Part shown: one piece after another, positions 39,382-51,833 of the stretch
How the letters are laid out: the number at the start of each line of letters is the position of its first letter
Numbering within the stretch: the stretch's first letter is position 1
DNA from: Octopus vulgaris
Lineage: Eukaryota
Assembly: GCA_951406725.2 (NCBI GenBank)
Contig: OX597814.1
Span: 170,996,001 to 171,060,000 of the forward strand
Direction of reading: 5' to 3'
DNA: 64,000 nt
The notes under the pieces: model-generated
What the model was told of the DNA's origin: nothing
What the model saw: the letters and a program-made list of their open reading frames with translations, nothing else
Databases searched by the model: none
Program-made: the position numbers and the translations under genes

Positions 39382-42300
39382 GGTATTTGTTCTGGATTTC
39401 TGTGCTCTTAAGATCAAATCTCAGACTTTTTGTCTTTCATCTTTCCATGTTTGATCGATAAATAAAGTAATAGTCTCGGTTGGTGGAATGGCAGTGTCGT
39501 TAGAATGTCAAAACAAGACACTTTGCAGTATCACTTCTTGCTCTTTGTATTTTAACTGCAAAGCCTGCTCTAATACTGGTGTTGAATTGTAACAATCTGT
39601 CTCCCTGCAAAGGAGAAATATTACTAGCATGAAGACAAGGACTTGCATGCAAAGGAAACTGCTGGTCTTCCATAACAAAAAAAAAGTAAAGAAAGAAAGA
39701 AACCTTGCACCACGGAGAGGAATTTTCTAGAGGTAGACCCTGGTCAGACAGGCGCCCCAGATAAATATAAATAACGAACACATAGTTGACTAAATGATTT
39801 GTGGAACAGTAGCCATCACAGCTGATACAACTGTGATTACTGTAAGGCCTACCTAGTTTTTTTTCTACAAAAGCTAATCAAAAGTTACTGTATGTAATGT
39901 CAAACTGGCAGCAATAACATTACAAAACAAAACAATCACTGCACTTTTGGAGCTTGACACCATTAATTTAAATTTCACAGATGACTAATAAATTCTTTCA
40001 CACGAAACTCATTCTGTCTCTGTCTCTCACACACAAAAGACTCAAATTCAGTGAAGAATATAAATAAGGTAAAAAGCTATGTACAAGCCCCCAAAATATT
40101 TGAGTGTTAAAAAAAAACAAATCTATGTATTTATATTCAATTAGTCATTTTAATAAACATTTCATCTAATTTTTTTTTTCCTAAAACAGAAAACGGAGTT
40201 GATTTTTACTTCTTTCATTTCGTAATAAAATGACATAAAGAGAAAAAATTATGCAAGAATATTTTTAGACAAAACTCCTTCAAATAAAATATTAGTTTCT
40301 CTACTTAATGTACTATTTAAAACAGAAGGTAACAACACTTAGAAATAACACCACTAATGATGATGATGATGATGATGATGATGGCGGTGATGATAGCAAT
40401 ACTAAATAAATTGTAAGCAACCGCAGTTTAGCTCTAGTTGTGAATTCATGCCATTTTGGATGACAAAAACAGTTTTGTAAGTAGTAGTGCAGTAAAGGAC
40501 TTGACATTTGAAATATGCATAAGAATGCCTCCACTGATTTGTCTGTCAGATGAGATCGATCAAACACAACACAGAATACTCTTAAGTAATTTGTGAACAC
40601 GCCAAGTGCTTCCGAGCTAATAAAGCTTAGCAAGGCAGCCTACTGCTGTCAAGAGAACATTGATAATGCCAGATCCAGCTAAAGCATAAACAAAAAAAAA
40701 AAAAGAAAGAAAAAAGAAGAAAAAAAAAGCAGCTATAAAAATATAACTAACTCACCATCTTTTAGTTTCCTATTAAGAAAGAATGAAGAGGAATGGTTGG
40801 GGTATTTAAAACTTTAGATTATAAAGTTAGCTATTTAGCAAAATGAAATGAAATATTTAATCCCATCTTTAGTTTTTTTTTTCACCATTCAACACACACA
40901 TATGTATGTTAAAAAAAAACAAAAAACATTCAAACTTGTGTTTTTTTTTACTAAAATTCCATAATGAAATTATAGACTACTTTACTAAACAACTACAATG
41001 ATTAGTCCAATTGCCTTGAAACAATCCACTTGATCATGGATCTTTGCAGATCATCAGAGATCCAATGTGACACTTATATCAATGGATTAGAGTTGTTTTC
41101 TGGGAATTAAAGAAAAAATTATGAACTTACATTGGGAATCCTGTCAAAGCTGATCGACTCACTTGCATTATATTACATAAGACAAGATTTACTGTTAAAA
41201 CTATTTCAACACATTTATATCAAATGTTTTGTGTGTGTGTGTGTAAGTGTGCATGTTTATTCAACAGGAGGGGCTATGGTTGTCAATCTGTTTGTCTGTA
41301 TTAGCAAACATCAGATTTCAATAAAGTTCACAACAGAACAGAGTAAGTTTGAATGCTGTTATGAAGAAGAAAATTGAAACACTCTAGTCAGGGCATGCCT
41401 CACAGAAGAAATGAGTAGAAATATATTGAAAAATGTAAACAAATCTATGAGTGTACATAAGGTTGAAATGCCCAAAATTTTCTTTTTAAAGTCATGTACT
41501 GCAAAAACATGACTTTGTCTAATTTACCCTAAAATGCAATGTCTCAGAAAATTTCTTATAATCATTTTTGCTCCAATATCCACATATATATATATATATA
41601 TATATCGAGTCTCATTTGTTGTAGATGTTAAGTTGAGATGATCAAAGACATTCCAGTGTAGGGTATCTTGTCCTTTTAGGAAGATCTATGACAACATTAT
41701 GTCGTATAGATTTTTCTTTGTTTTTTCAAGGCAGTGGGGTTAAATTTCAAGAATTGGCTGCTATTTCTAGCATGCTGAGTGACTTACTTAGAAGCCCCTT
41801 CATTGCCTAACCCAAGTCTCAAAGAGCTAATGGCGAAGGTTGACAAACTTATGCAAATTATATTAAGTAGCAAGCAAGACCATGAACTAGAATTTGTGTG
41901 TGTGTGTGTGTGTGTACATGGACACGTATGTATGTAAAAGATAGTAATATGGTTTCGAATTTTGGAACTACTTCAGCAATTTCATAATTTACTTTATCAA
42001 CTCTGAAAGGATGAAAGGCAAAGTCAACTTCAGCAGAATTTGAACTCAGACTGTAAAGGCAGCTGAAATGCTGCTAAGCATTTTGCCTGGCATGTTAACA
42101 GTTCTGCCAGTTTGCCACCTTGATAATTAAAGTTAATATAGACAGAGTGAATGCTGCAAAACTTCATTCAACATGAAGCTTTATTATTTTTAATGAACAA
42201 AGATGTTTAAAGAATATAAATGAAATGAGGTGAGAAATGAGACGCTTTTTCATTCAATTTAGTTCGTTAAAAGTTATTAAACTGCACATTTATCATAATT

Positions 42301-43276
42301 GTGGGTACACATATATCATCTTAATGATTATATATACATATTTATAATTAGCAGTTTCATATTAACTTGTTGAATAATAACTTAAACATTGAAGTTTTAA
42401 TTATTTAAAATAATTAATGGCTACAGTTTTAAATGCAGTAATCACAAAAACTTAATGATGATACCTTATATATGAACTTTTACTAAAGCTTAATGACGTT
42501 TCATTATGGGTTTAATTTCAATTGATTAAAAATGAGTTTTGGCTAACTATATATTAAGCAAGGTAGCATTACTTAAAAAAACACACTCTACTTGAACAAT
42601 ATAATACATTTAATACATATTGTTCAAATAAATGACATCGATGGGAAATTTTCAAACACCTGTTTAGTATTATGTGAGCCCTCATTAGGAAACAGTCACT
42701 AGTGTCTTAACTTGGGTATATTGCAATGAACTTAATAAATACAAAAGGGTTAGAATAGATGGCTAGCATTATACAGGAGTGTAAAAAAAAAAAAAATGAA
42801 ATAGAATATTTTTAGGAATGAAATGTGAGGATTGCATTATATTCAAGAAAGCATTTGTATTTGTTTCAATACAGTATATTTATAGTTGTCACAGCTGTGA
42901 TCATCAGATCAAGTTTGTGCATTTTTTTGAAGTCAAGGTGAATCTACAGTCTTTTTATTTTTTATTTCTTTCAGTCACTGGACTAGTCATACTGGGACAT
43001 TGCTTTGACATCCTGTACTTCCTTTTCATGAGAGAGCAGAGTGTGATTTGAGGAGGAATATGACTACCATTTCTAGCAAGTCAAGTAACTATACAGAGGA
43101 CTGAAAGGCCTTCTGGATCTGGTCATAGATGAAGGAGACACCAGATTGAAATGTTATGGAGAAAGAGAGTAAAGAGTGGGGTCTGTGTGCTTCTAAAATA
43201 ATTGATAACCATAAGCACTGTTATATCACTGGGAAAGATGGCATGTGATCATTTGACTTGCTAGAAATAGTAGTCA

Positions 43277-43764
43277 GTTTCCATCTACCAAATCCATTCA
43301 CAAAACGTTAGTTGACCCAGGGCCATAGTAGAAAACAAGTGCCCAAGATGGCGAGCTGGCAGAAACGTTAGCAGGCCGGGCGAAATGCTTAGCGGTATTT
43401 CATCTGTCTTTACATTCTGAGTTCAAATTCCGCTGAGGTCGACTTTGCCTTTCATCCTTTCGGGGTCGATAAATCAAGTACCAGCTATGCACTGGGGATT
43501 GATGTAATTGACTTAATCCGTTTGTCTGTCCTTGTTTGTCCCCTCTATGTTTAGCCCCTTGTGGGTAATAAAGAAATAGGTATTTCGTCTGTCGCTACGT
43601 TCTGAGTTCAAATTCCGCCGAGGTCGACTTTGCCTTTCATCCTTTCGGGGTCGATAAATGAAGTACCAGTTACGCACTGGGAGTCGATGTAATCGACTTA
43701 ATCCCTTTGTCTGTCCTTGTTTGTCCCCTCTATGTTTTAGCCCCTTGTGAGTAGTAAAGAAATA
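43277..43764 (+). mobile_element. Composite insertion: captured local fragment plus tandem B2 SINE dimer, with 14-bp TSD
   Basis: TSD AGAAATAGTAGTCA at 43263-43276 and 43765-43778. The B2 unit 43348-43578 is followed by a headless second unit 43579-43764. Confidence 0.9.
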
Positions 43765-44335
43765 AGAAATAGTAGTCAAACAGCCACGAAACAACACCAT
43801 ACTATTTCAAATAAAAAGCAAAAAGTGTGGTGGTGGTGGGTGTGAATAACACAGTGGGGGTAACTAGTCTTAGCTGCACTATTTCTGAAAAAGGATAATG
43901 TAGTCAAATCTATAATGTCTTTACCATAGACCTGCTCAGTCGAGTTAATTAGGACAGGGGAGAGACAAAGCAACAACAATTTGCTTATACCACCCACATT
44001 CTTGGCAATGTTGTTTATTTACCTTCCAGCTAACACTTAACTGCATGCAGTTATACACCTCGAGGTATGTAAAGTGTACTGGTAGGCCCCACACTCAGCC
44101 ACTAAACTCCAGCTAGGTGACACCAGCTAGAGTAACACAATAAGCAGGTTAACAGCAGCTTATGAGAAGCATAGATTTTTTTTTTCTTCTCTTCTCGCCC
44201 CAACAACAATCTTAGAGAAGCCCACCCTGCCCTGCTGCGAAAGGAAAAAAAAAAAAACAAAGAAAAAATGTTATGGGCATTGACCCTCCCCCTTTCAATA
44301 AGCCATAGAAAATATTTAGAGAGGTGCTGATACCT

Positions 44336-44536
44336 ATTTCTTTACTACCCACAAAGGGCTAAACACAGAGGGGACAAACAAGGACAGACAAACAGATTAA
44401 GTCGATTACATCGACCCCCAGTGCGTAACCGGTACTTATTTAATCGACCCTGAAAGGATGAAAGGCAAAGTTGACCTCAGCGGAATTTGAACATAGAACG
44501 TAACGGCAGATGAAATACGGCTACGCATTTCGCCCG
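44336..44536 (-). mobile_element. 5'-truncated family B2 SINE with 7-bp TSD
   Basis: TSD GATACCT at 44329-44335 and 44537-44543. Confidence 0.92.
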
Positions 44537-44729
44537 GATACCTTCTCAACTAAACCAGAGGGTATACAACAACAACAGCAGTTGAAGATTGAATAGAAAA
44601 TGACAATCATATTAATTTCAAATTTTTGGCACAAGGCCAGCAATTTAGGGGGAGCGGGAAAGTCAATTACATCGACGTCAGTGCACTGACGATCATACGA
44701 TGGTGATCTGGTGTAAGTTTACATTGCTA

Positions 44730-45007
44730 ACATCATCAATGTCAAGATTTACTTGTCCATTTTTATGCCCGCATGGGTCAGATGGAATTTACTGAAACAT
44801 CATATTTCACATGGCTGGATGCCCTTTCTGTTACCAGCACTGACCAGTTTCAAGTAAGGTGATATTTCTCCATCACCGGACATGGTCTCACAGAATATTA
44901 GAAATGAATGACACAGTTTGTATGACAGTGGCAATCATTTTACAATTATCCCATGAGAACAAGCCGAGAAGACACACACACATATATACAAACATATATG
45001 CGCGCAC

Positions 45008-45039
<32 letters not shown>

Positions 45040-45198
45040 TGGGCTTCTTTCAGTTTCCATCTACCAAATCCATTCAGAAGACGTTAGTTGACCCAGAGCC
45101 ATAGTAGAAAACAAGTGCCCAAGGTGTCAAACAGTGGGACTGAACCAGAAGCTACGTGGATGGGAAATAAGCTTTCCAACCACACAGCCATACATGCT
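44730..45198 (-). mobile_element. Family D SINE (A head 45041-45198, (CA)n, D tail)
   Basis: Same architecture as 11697-12050; source of the fragment copied to 43274. Confidence 0.75.
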
Positions 45199-46052
45199 AC
45201 TGGATGTGTGTGTGTGTGTTTGGTGGGGGAGACAGAGAGAGGAGGGGGGAGGATAATCCTGATCAAATAATCAAGGTGACACTATACACACACACACACA
45301 CACACACACACCAACAAAAATAAATGAAAACATAAATAGGCCAAATTCTATTATGCAAAGATAAATCAGTGAATGAAGCTTAATTATATATTATTATTAT
45401 TATTATTCTTATCATTTCTATTAAAAACACATACACGTGTTCACACACACACACACACACACAAACATATGTATTTCTTAATATGAATAGCAGGCTCTGA
45501 ATCAGCAAGCTAGCAACAAAGCACTTCAGATTTTCATATCATTTTGGATTTAGTTTATGTAAATTTTGAACTTTCTGCTCTCTCACGGAAAAATATTTGG
45601 GAGATTGTTTTCACTGATGTAAATAATTTATGCAAGTTTGTATAACAACACTGGTGTATATATATATATATGCATGTATGTATGTAACAATCAAAATATA
45701 AATAAATAACTTTAGGGAATGTCTGGATGTGTCAGAAAAAACACAGACAGTATATATGTATATATATGTGTGTGTGTGTGCAGAGGGAAAATAAATCGGA
45801 AAGAGAGAGAGAAATCAATTTGAAAAATAATAGCGACAAACAATAAACTTGGCTCTTGTAACCTAACTTCACTGTCATCGCCAAGCTAACAACAAATACC
45901 ACTAAGACAAGAGTATAAGACAAAAACATCTACTAACATTATATAAACATCTTTCTGTTTGTTGTTTGTTAGTTTGCCTCCTACCTGTCTGTGTGTGTGT
46001 TTGTATATGTAACATTTTTTGGCATCAACAAAATATATGATACATTAAAATG

Positions 46053-46089
<37 letters not shown>

Positions 46090-46839
46090 TGTGTTTAAAT
46101 ATACCATTATTTGGCATTTTTTTAAAAATACTTTATTTCTTCTATTTTTGATATTTATGGAACCTGATACCACACACACACACACACAAACACTCATATA
46201 CAAAATGTAAAGAATTATGAATATGTGAATATATTTTTATAATAAATTCTACTTCCCATACCTCTAGGCAAACACTATACTGGAATTTAAGAAAATGACC
46301 CCATAAAATAAGTAAAATTGATTCGGGGATTAAAAAAAAACAAAAAAAGGGGTTATTTTCCTTTTTACTTATTTACAATAATCTGAATATGTTTGACATA
46401 TAAAAAAGACCAAAAAAAAAAAAAACATTGAATGCTTAAATATGTAGAGCAAGGCTGTTTTTAAGTTTGTTTTGATAATGTTATATTGAAGAGGTTATGC
46501 TTAATAAATAATACAGAGGAAATGTAATAAATTGAATGGAACGCATTGCAAGTGTATGTAGAAGGCAAAGAAAGAGTAAACCTCTTATTCAGATCTGTAG
46601 AAAGAGTTGTAAGGTTGATGATATTGTTTAGACCTTTACCCAAACAATATCTCAGTACATTCTGTAAAATGTTGGGCATCCAGCTGTAGAAACCATGCCA
46701 AAACAGACAGCAGAGCTTGGTGCAGTCTTCCAACTTGTCAGTTCTTGTCGAACCTGTAGTGTCTGTACAGGTGTACAGAGCAAAATGAAATGAAGTGTTT
46801 TGCTCAAGAATACAATGTACTACCCAGTCTGGAAATTGA

Positions 46840-46914
46840 AACCACAAGCTAGTGACTGTGAGCACAACACCATAACCACAAGCTAGTGACTGTGAGCACA
46901 ACACCATAACCACA
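46840..46914. repeat. 34-bp tandem duplication
   Basis: AACCACAAGCTAGTGACTGTGAGCACAACACCAT x2 plus a partial third copy. Confidence 0.95.
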
Positions 46915-47344
46915 TGTCGTCACAGGTATTAAAAGGGCTTAATATCAACCCAACCTTACAAATGCTTGTTTTTCTTTTCTTGTTACTTTCAGTTTGTTTA
47001 GTCTGGCAAATTAATATATGAGATAAGATAATGGTTGTTGTAAAGCCCTTTAATATAATCATTCAGTCCGATACTGTGGAAGTTGAAGTTGCTAAGTAGG
47101 AGCAGAACCAGCAAGACAAGTGAACCAAGAAGTTACCCTCAAGACAATTAGGGAGATTCTGGATCATGGGGACAAAATACACATCAGAATACTGAGGTAT
47201 ATGCACTTATAGCACTGTGGAAAATAGTAAAATAAGAGATACAACTTTTTCTGTATTTATCCCTCAACATGGAAATGGATAGTATTAATAAACCATTTGA
47301 AAGTTATACCATATTTTGGATAAACTGTATTTTGGATAAACCAT

Positions 47345-47521
47345 AGAAATACATCTACATTGCAAAGTATAACTAAAGTTTTCAGATGTTTTTTTTTTAA
47401 GATTGGGTAGTATAGAACCCAATGCTCCGACGACAATAACCCTTATGTTTGACTCTTGTAGCTGCCACATCTTAGCGACTTCAATTCTCAGGCCTCCATA
47501 TTTATCAACCTTTTCTCTTAC
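47345..47521 (-). pseudogene. Fragment of an R4/Dong-like non-LTR retrotransposon (restriction-like endonuclease C-terminus)
   Basis: Translates VREKVDKYGGLRIEVAKMWQLQESNIRVIVVGALGSILPNLKK, then after a frameshift KHLKTL. This matches the EK..KY..L..E...+W......+++GALG motif of REL-endonuclease LINEs. The 5' junction abuts an (AAT)n tract. Confidence 0.85.
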
Positions 47522-47548
47522 ATTATTATTATTATTATTATTATTATT

Positions 47549-48448
47549 GAAGTGGTGAGCTGGCAGAATCATTAGTATGTTGGACAAGTGTTCAGAGGCA
47601 TTTTTAGCATCTCTTTACATCCAAATTCTACTAAGGTCAGTTTTGCTTTTCATGTTTTTGGGGTTGATCAAAATAAGGTACCAGTCAAGTACTGGGTTCA
47701 TGTGACTGACTGGATCTCACCCCTTAAAACTGCTTGCATTGTACCAAAATTAAAAAGTAATAATAATATCATTATTATTAATGCCAGCGCAGCATAACCA
47801 GCCCATTTAAGAGTACCCTTCAATCATTGGACAATAAACTACGCTTGCGAAGTCCTGTTGAGGCAAGAGAAATCATTGTCGTGGTCAATGACAGTACTGC
47901 CTGGTTGGCTCCTGTATCGGTAGCACGTAAAAATCCCCATTCAAGCATGGTTGTAGCCAGTGCCGCCGGACTGGCTTCTGTACAGGTGGCACGTGAAAAG
48001 CACCATTTTGAGTGTGGCCGATGCCAGTACCACCTGACTGGCCCTTGTGCCAGTGACACATAAAAGCACTCAATACACTCTCAGATTGGTTGGCATTAGG
48101 AAGGGCATCCAGCTGTAGAAACTTTGCCAGATCAGACTGAAACCTGGTACAGCCTTCTGGCTCGCCAGCCCTCAATCAAACTGTCCAACCCATGCCAGCA
48201 TGGAAAGCAGACATAAACGACGATGACAATGATTATAATAAGGCAAGCTCGCAGAATCTTTAGTTTGCCAGGCAAAGAGCTAAGTGGCATCTCGTCCATC
48301 TTTATGTTCTGAATTCAAATTCTGCCATTGACTTTGCCTTTCATCCTTTCCAGGGTCATTGAAATAAGTACCAGTTGAGCACTAGGGTTGATGTAATCAA
48401 TTTAACCCCTTATCTCAAATTTGCTAGCCTTGTGCCAAAATTTGAAAT
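47549..48448 (+). mobile_element. SINE cluster: B1 (47549-47755), long family C copy (47790-48232), B1 (48240-48448)
   Basis: Two B heads GAGCT..CAGAATC flank a C element with three subrepeats and a GAC/GAT tail. Confidence 0.85.
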
Positions 48449-49254
48449 CATCACCATCATCATTACACCATTAAGCATTCTAGTGTGTTGTTAATATTAT
48501 TTAGTATTCTAGTATTTAGTATTAAAAATATTAAAATCTTGGAAGGGGAAAAAACATCCCAGCTACCTTTTAACTTAGCTAGCTTGTAAACAAATGACAC
48601 TTGAAAAATTAGAAGTTTTTGTCTTGTCACACGATTGCTATTTTTCTATATAAACTGGTTTTAGATTACTAGATCAATTTTAATAGAAAAATTTTATAGT
48701 AAAGTTATTCTCTGAATATACAATTTCTTTTGATGCTTTATTTTTTCTCCCGTTTCTTTTTATTTATTTGTTAATTAACTCTTGTATTCTATTTTTGACA
48801 GTTATATATATATTGCTGTTATTACAGTTATCACTAAGACCACCACCGGTACTATCATTACTGCTGTTTTGCCAGTAATAAATTGAGTTTTAAGTGGAAG
48901 GTTCTGTTATGTTTTAAGTAACATCCACTTCATACTTATAATCTCATAATCACTTCATTTTAAAAAATTAAGACACACACACACACACACACACATAAGT
49001 ATATTCCTTGTATTTTAAGTTTCTTCATTGCTCATTTTTAAGAAGTCATCTCAAAAAAAGAAGACTACTTTAGTGGAGAAATCAATAAGCAAAAGAGATT
49101 TGTCAGGAAAAAAGAAGAGAATATGTGTAGAAATATATATAAAAAAAATAACTACTGACATTTAGTAACTAAGTGATGTCAGCTTCTTAAAACTAAAAGT
49201 TTATATGTTATAAATATAGAGAGGATTTAAAACAAATGATAAATGAATGAAAGC

Positions 49255-49537
49255 ATATATATATATATATATATACACACACACCACATACATTATATAT
49301 ATACATACACACACACATTATATATATATATACATATAGACACACCACACATTATATATATATATACATATAGACACACCACACATATATACATATATAT
49401 ACATACACCACACACATATACACACACATACACCACACACATATACACATACCAAACAATATATATATACACACATATATACACATACCAAACATTATAT
49501 ATATATACACACACATGTATATATATATATATATATG
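49255..49537. repeat. Complex (TA)/(CA) low-complexity minisatellite
   Basis: Recurrent CACCACACATATATAC-like units. Confidence 0.9.
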
Positions 49538-50025
49538 CATTTATGTATATGGAAAAGCAATCTAGTCAATAAATCCCATTCAATAATGTAAATCTTGTTT
49601 CGTAAAATTTCATTATAGAAGACAAAACTCATTTGCAGGTTGCTTTTTTCTTTGTTTTATGTTTTTTTTATTGCAGGGGGTTATTTTTCATACATAGATT
49701 TATAAAACTATTATTAAGTCAGAGAAGGGACAGCCAGGGTTGGGAAAATTTCATTACCACCTATAAATAAATGTGCCTTGTGTTATAACAGCAACACTAC
49801 TTATTTTTGTGGAGTGGTGGCTGGTCAATTACACTGCCCCCCCTCCCCAGTGTGTGACTGGTACTTATTTTATCCCCCCCCCCCCAAAAAAAAACTAAGT
49901 TGACCTCAGCGGAATTTGAACTCAAACATAAAGCTACAAGAAATGCCGCTAAATGTTTTGTCCAGCATGCTGGCAATTCTGCCATCTCACCACCTTTATA
50001 ATAATAATAATAATAATAATAATAA

Positions 50026-50321
50026 TTTCATTTATTTGCCACCAGGGCAAAGGATGATGATGATGATAATAATAATAATGATTTCATTTATTTGCCACCA
50101 GGGCAAAGGATGATGATGATGATGATGATAATGATAATAATAATAATAGGATGATGATGATGATGATAATAATAATAATTTCATTTATTTGCCACCATGG
50201 CAAAGGATGATAATAATAATAATAATAATAATAATAATTTCATTTATTTGCCACCATGGCAAAGGATGATGATGATGATGATAATAATAATAATTTCATT
50301 TATTTGCCACCATGGCAAAGG
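50026..50321. repeat. Five-copy minisatellite with a 28-bp core and variable (ATG)n(ATA)n spacers
   Basis: TTTCATTTATTTGCCACCA(G/T)GGCAAAGG at about 50026, 50082, 50179, 50238 and 50294. Confidence 0.95.
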
Positions 50322-50324
50322 ATG

Positions 50325-50385
<61 letters not shown>

Positions 50386-50573
50386 TAAAACTACTTCATG
50401 ATAATAATAATAATAATAATGATGTGATAGTGCATCAAATGTATTAGTGACATTGAAGACTACAATACAGGAAGAGATAAGCAGAAAGCATCCAATAATG
50501 ACTGACAATAACAACAGCAGCAGCAGCAGCCACCAACAAACTATGAGTAAAAGGAAAGGAAGGAAGCAACACT

Positions 50574-50608
<35 letters not shown>

Positions 50609-51306
50609 GATTATTAGCTGACACTTTAATGGCTTTCCATATAGCAAACAATAGAATGAGAGAAACTGAGAGAGAGGGAGGGGGGAGAAAAAGAAGTGTA
50701 CATGCATGTGTGAGAGAGAGTGGGAGAGAGATGGGGAGGGAGGGGGGGAGAAAGAGAATATAAGCCAAACCAATGTTATTAGCTGGAAAACTGCCTTGAG
50801 CTAGAAACATTTCAAACAAAAACAGTGTTTGGTCTGAACTAATATATATAAGGTTCTGACAGACTCAATCAGTGATACATACACACACAGGCTTTCATTT
50901 CTGACATAGCTAACCGACTGAATGTATCTTAATAAAAAAGAAAAAAGAAAGAAAAAAAAAAGAGAAAAAATGGAGGAAAAAAAGGTGGGGCAGATTGAAA
51001 TAAAGGATTTCTTGTTTACTTCCTTCCATATAGTTTATTTAATAGCTATTTTGTATGCACAGTCATTAATAAAAATGAGTAAAATGTTAAGAAAATACTT
51101 TTGAAAAAAAGATGATTTATCACATCGAATTACAAAAATAATATGACTTATTTATGACTTTATGAGTGTGTTTAGTTATTAGTTATATGTAAAGGTAAAC
51201 CAGACTGTACATATGGACCTGAAGACACATTCCATAGGCTCAGTGGTCAGCTGTATGATACTAACCAATGGATTCAAATGGAGAAATCTTAAGTTCACTT
51301 ATCTAA

Positions 51307-51683
51307 TCTCTATATATATAAAGCTAAAGTTGTCTAGCCTTCAACAAACACTATCTCCTCCGAGACCCTGCGGCACAAATTGACCAAAATTGAGAGTATG
51401 ATAGAAGAAGGCTTGCTCTTCCTTCCGTAAAAGAAAAAAAAATTCAAATCGGACCATGTTAACACCAAAAATTATTTACATCAAAAAGGTGCTTTTTTTT
51501 TATAAAAATTCCTATTTTTTATGATTTTTTTACTGCTGTGTCGCCATTTTTCGGTGTATTTCAACCAGAAAAATGTTCACTTAAAGAGAAAAACAAGCTA
51601 CATAATGCAACATTTTTATTTTTCAAAAATTCCAATTCTAAAGGGTCGAAATAAACCCGAGCAACACCGGGCGATACTGCTAG
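51307..51683 (+). mobile_element. Non-autonomous Helitron
   Basis: 5' A|TCTCTATATATATAAAG and a 3' subterminal hairpin CCCGAGCAACACCGGG followed by CGATACTGCTAG; no TSD or TIR. The base after CTAG is A rather than the usual T. Confidence 0.8.
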
Positions 51684-51833
51684 ACTGATATATATATATA
51701 TATCAAATATATACTCTAACAATTCTAACAGCCTTTAATATTTATATACCACGTCATAAAGAAAAATTGGCATGTGTACATTTGTGTTAGTGTGTATGCA
51801 TATATATTTTTTAATAATTATATACATAATAAT

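Noticed and set aside
50026-50321. CRISPR-like array (28-bp repeats with spacers)
   Set aside because: The spacers are only ATG/ATA microsatellite, the context is eukaryotic and there are no cas genes.
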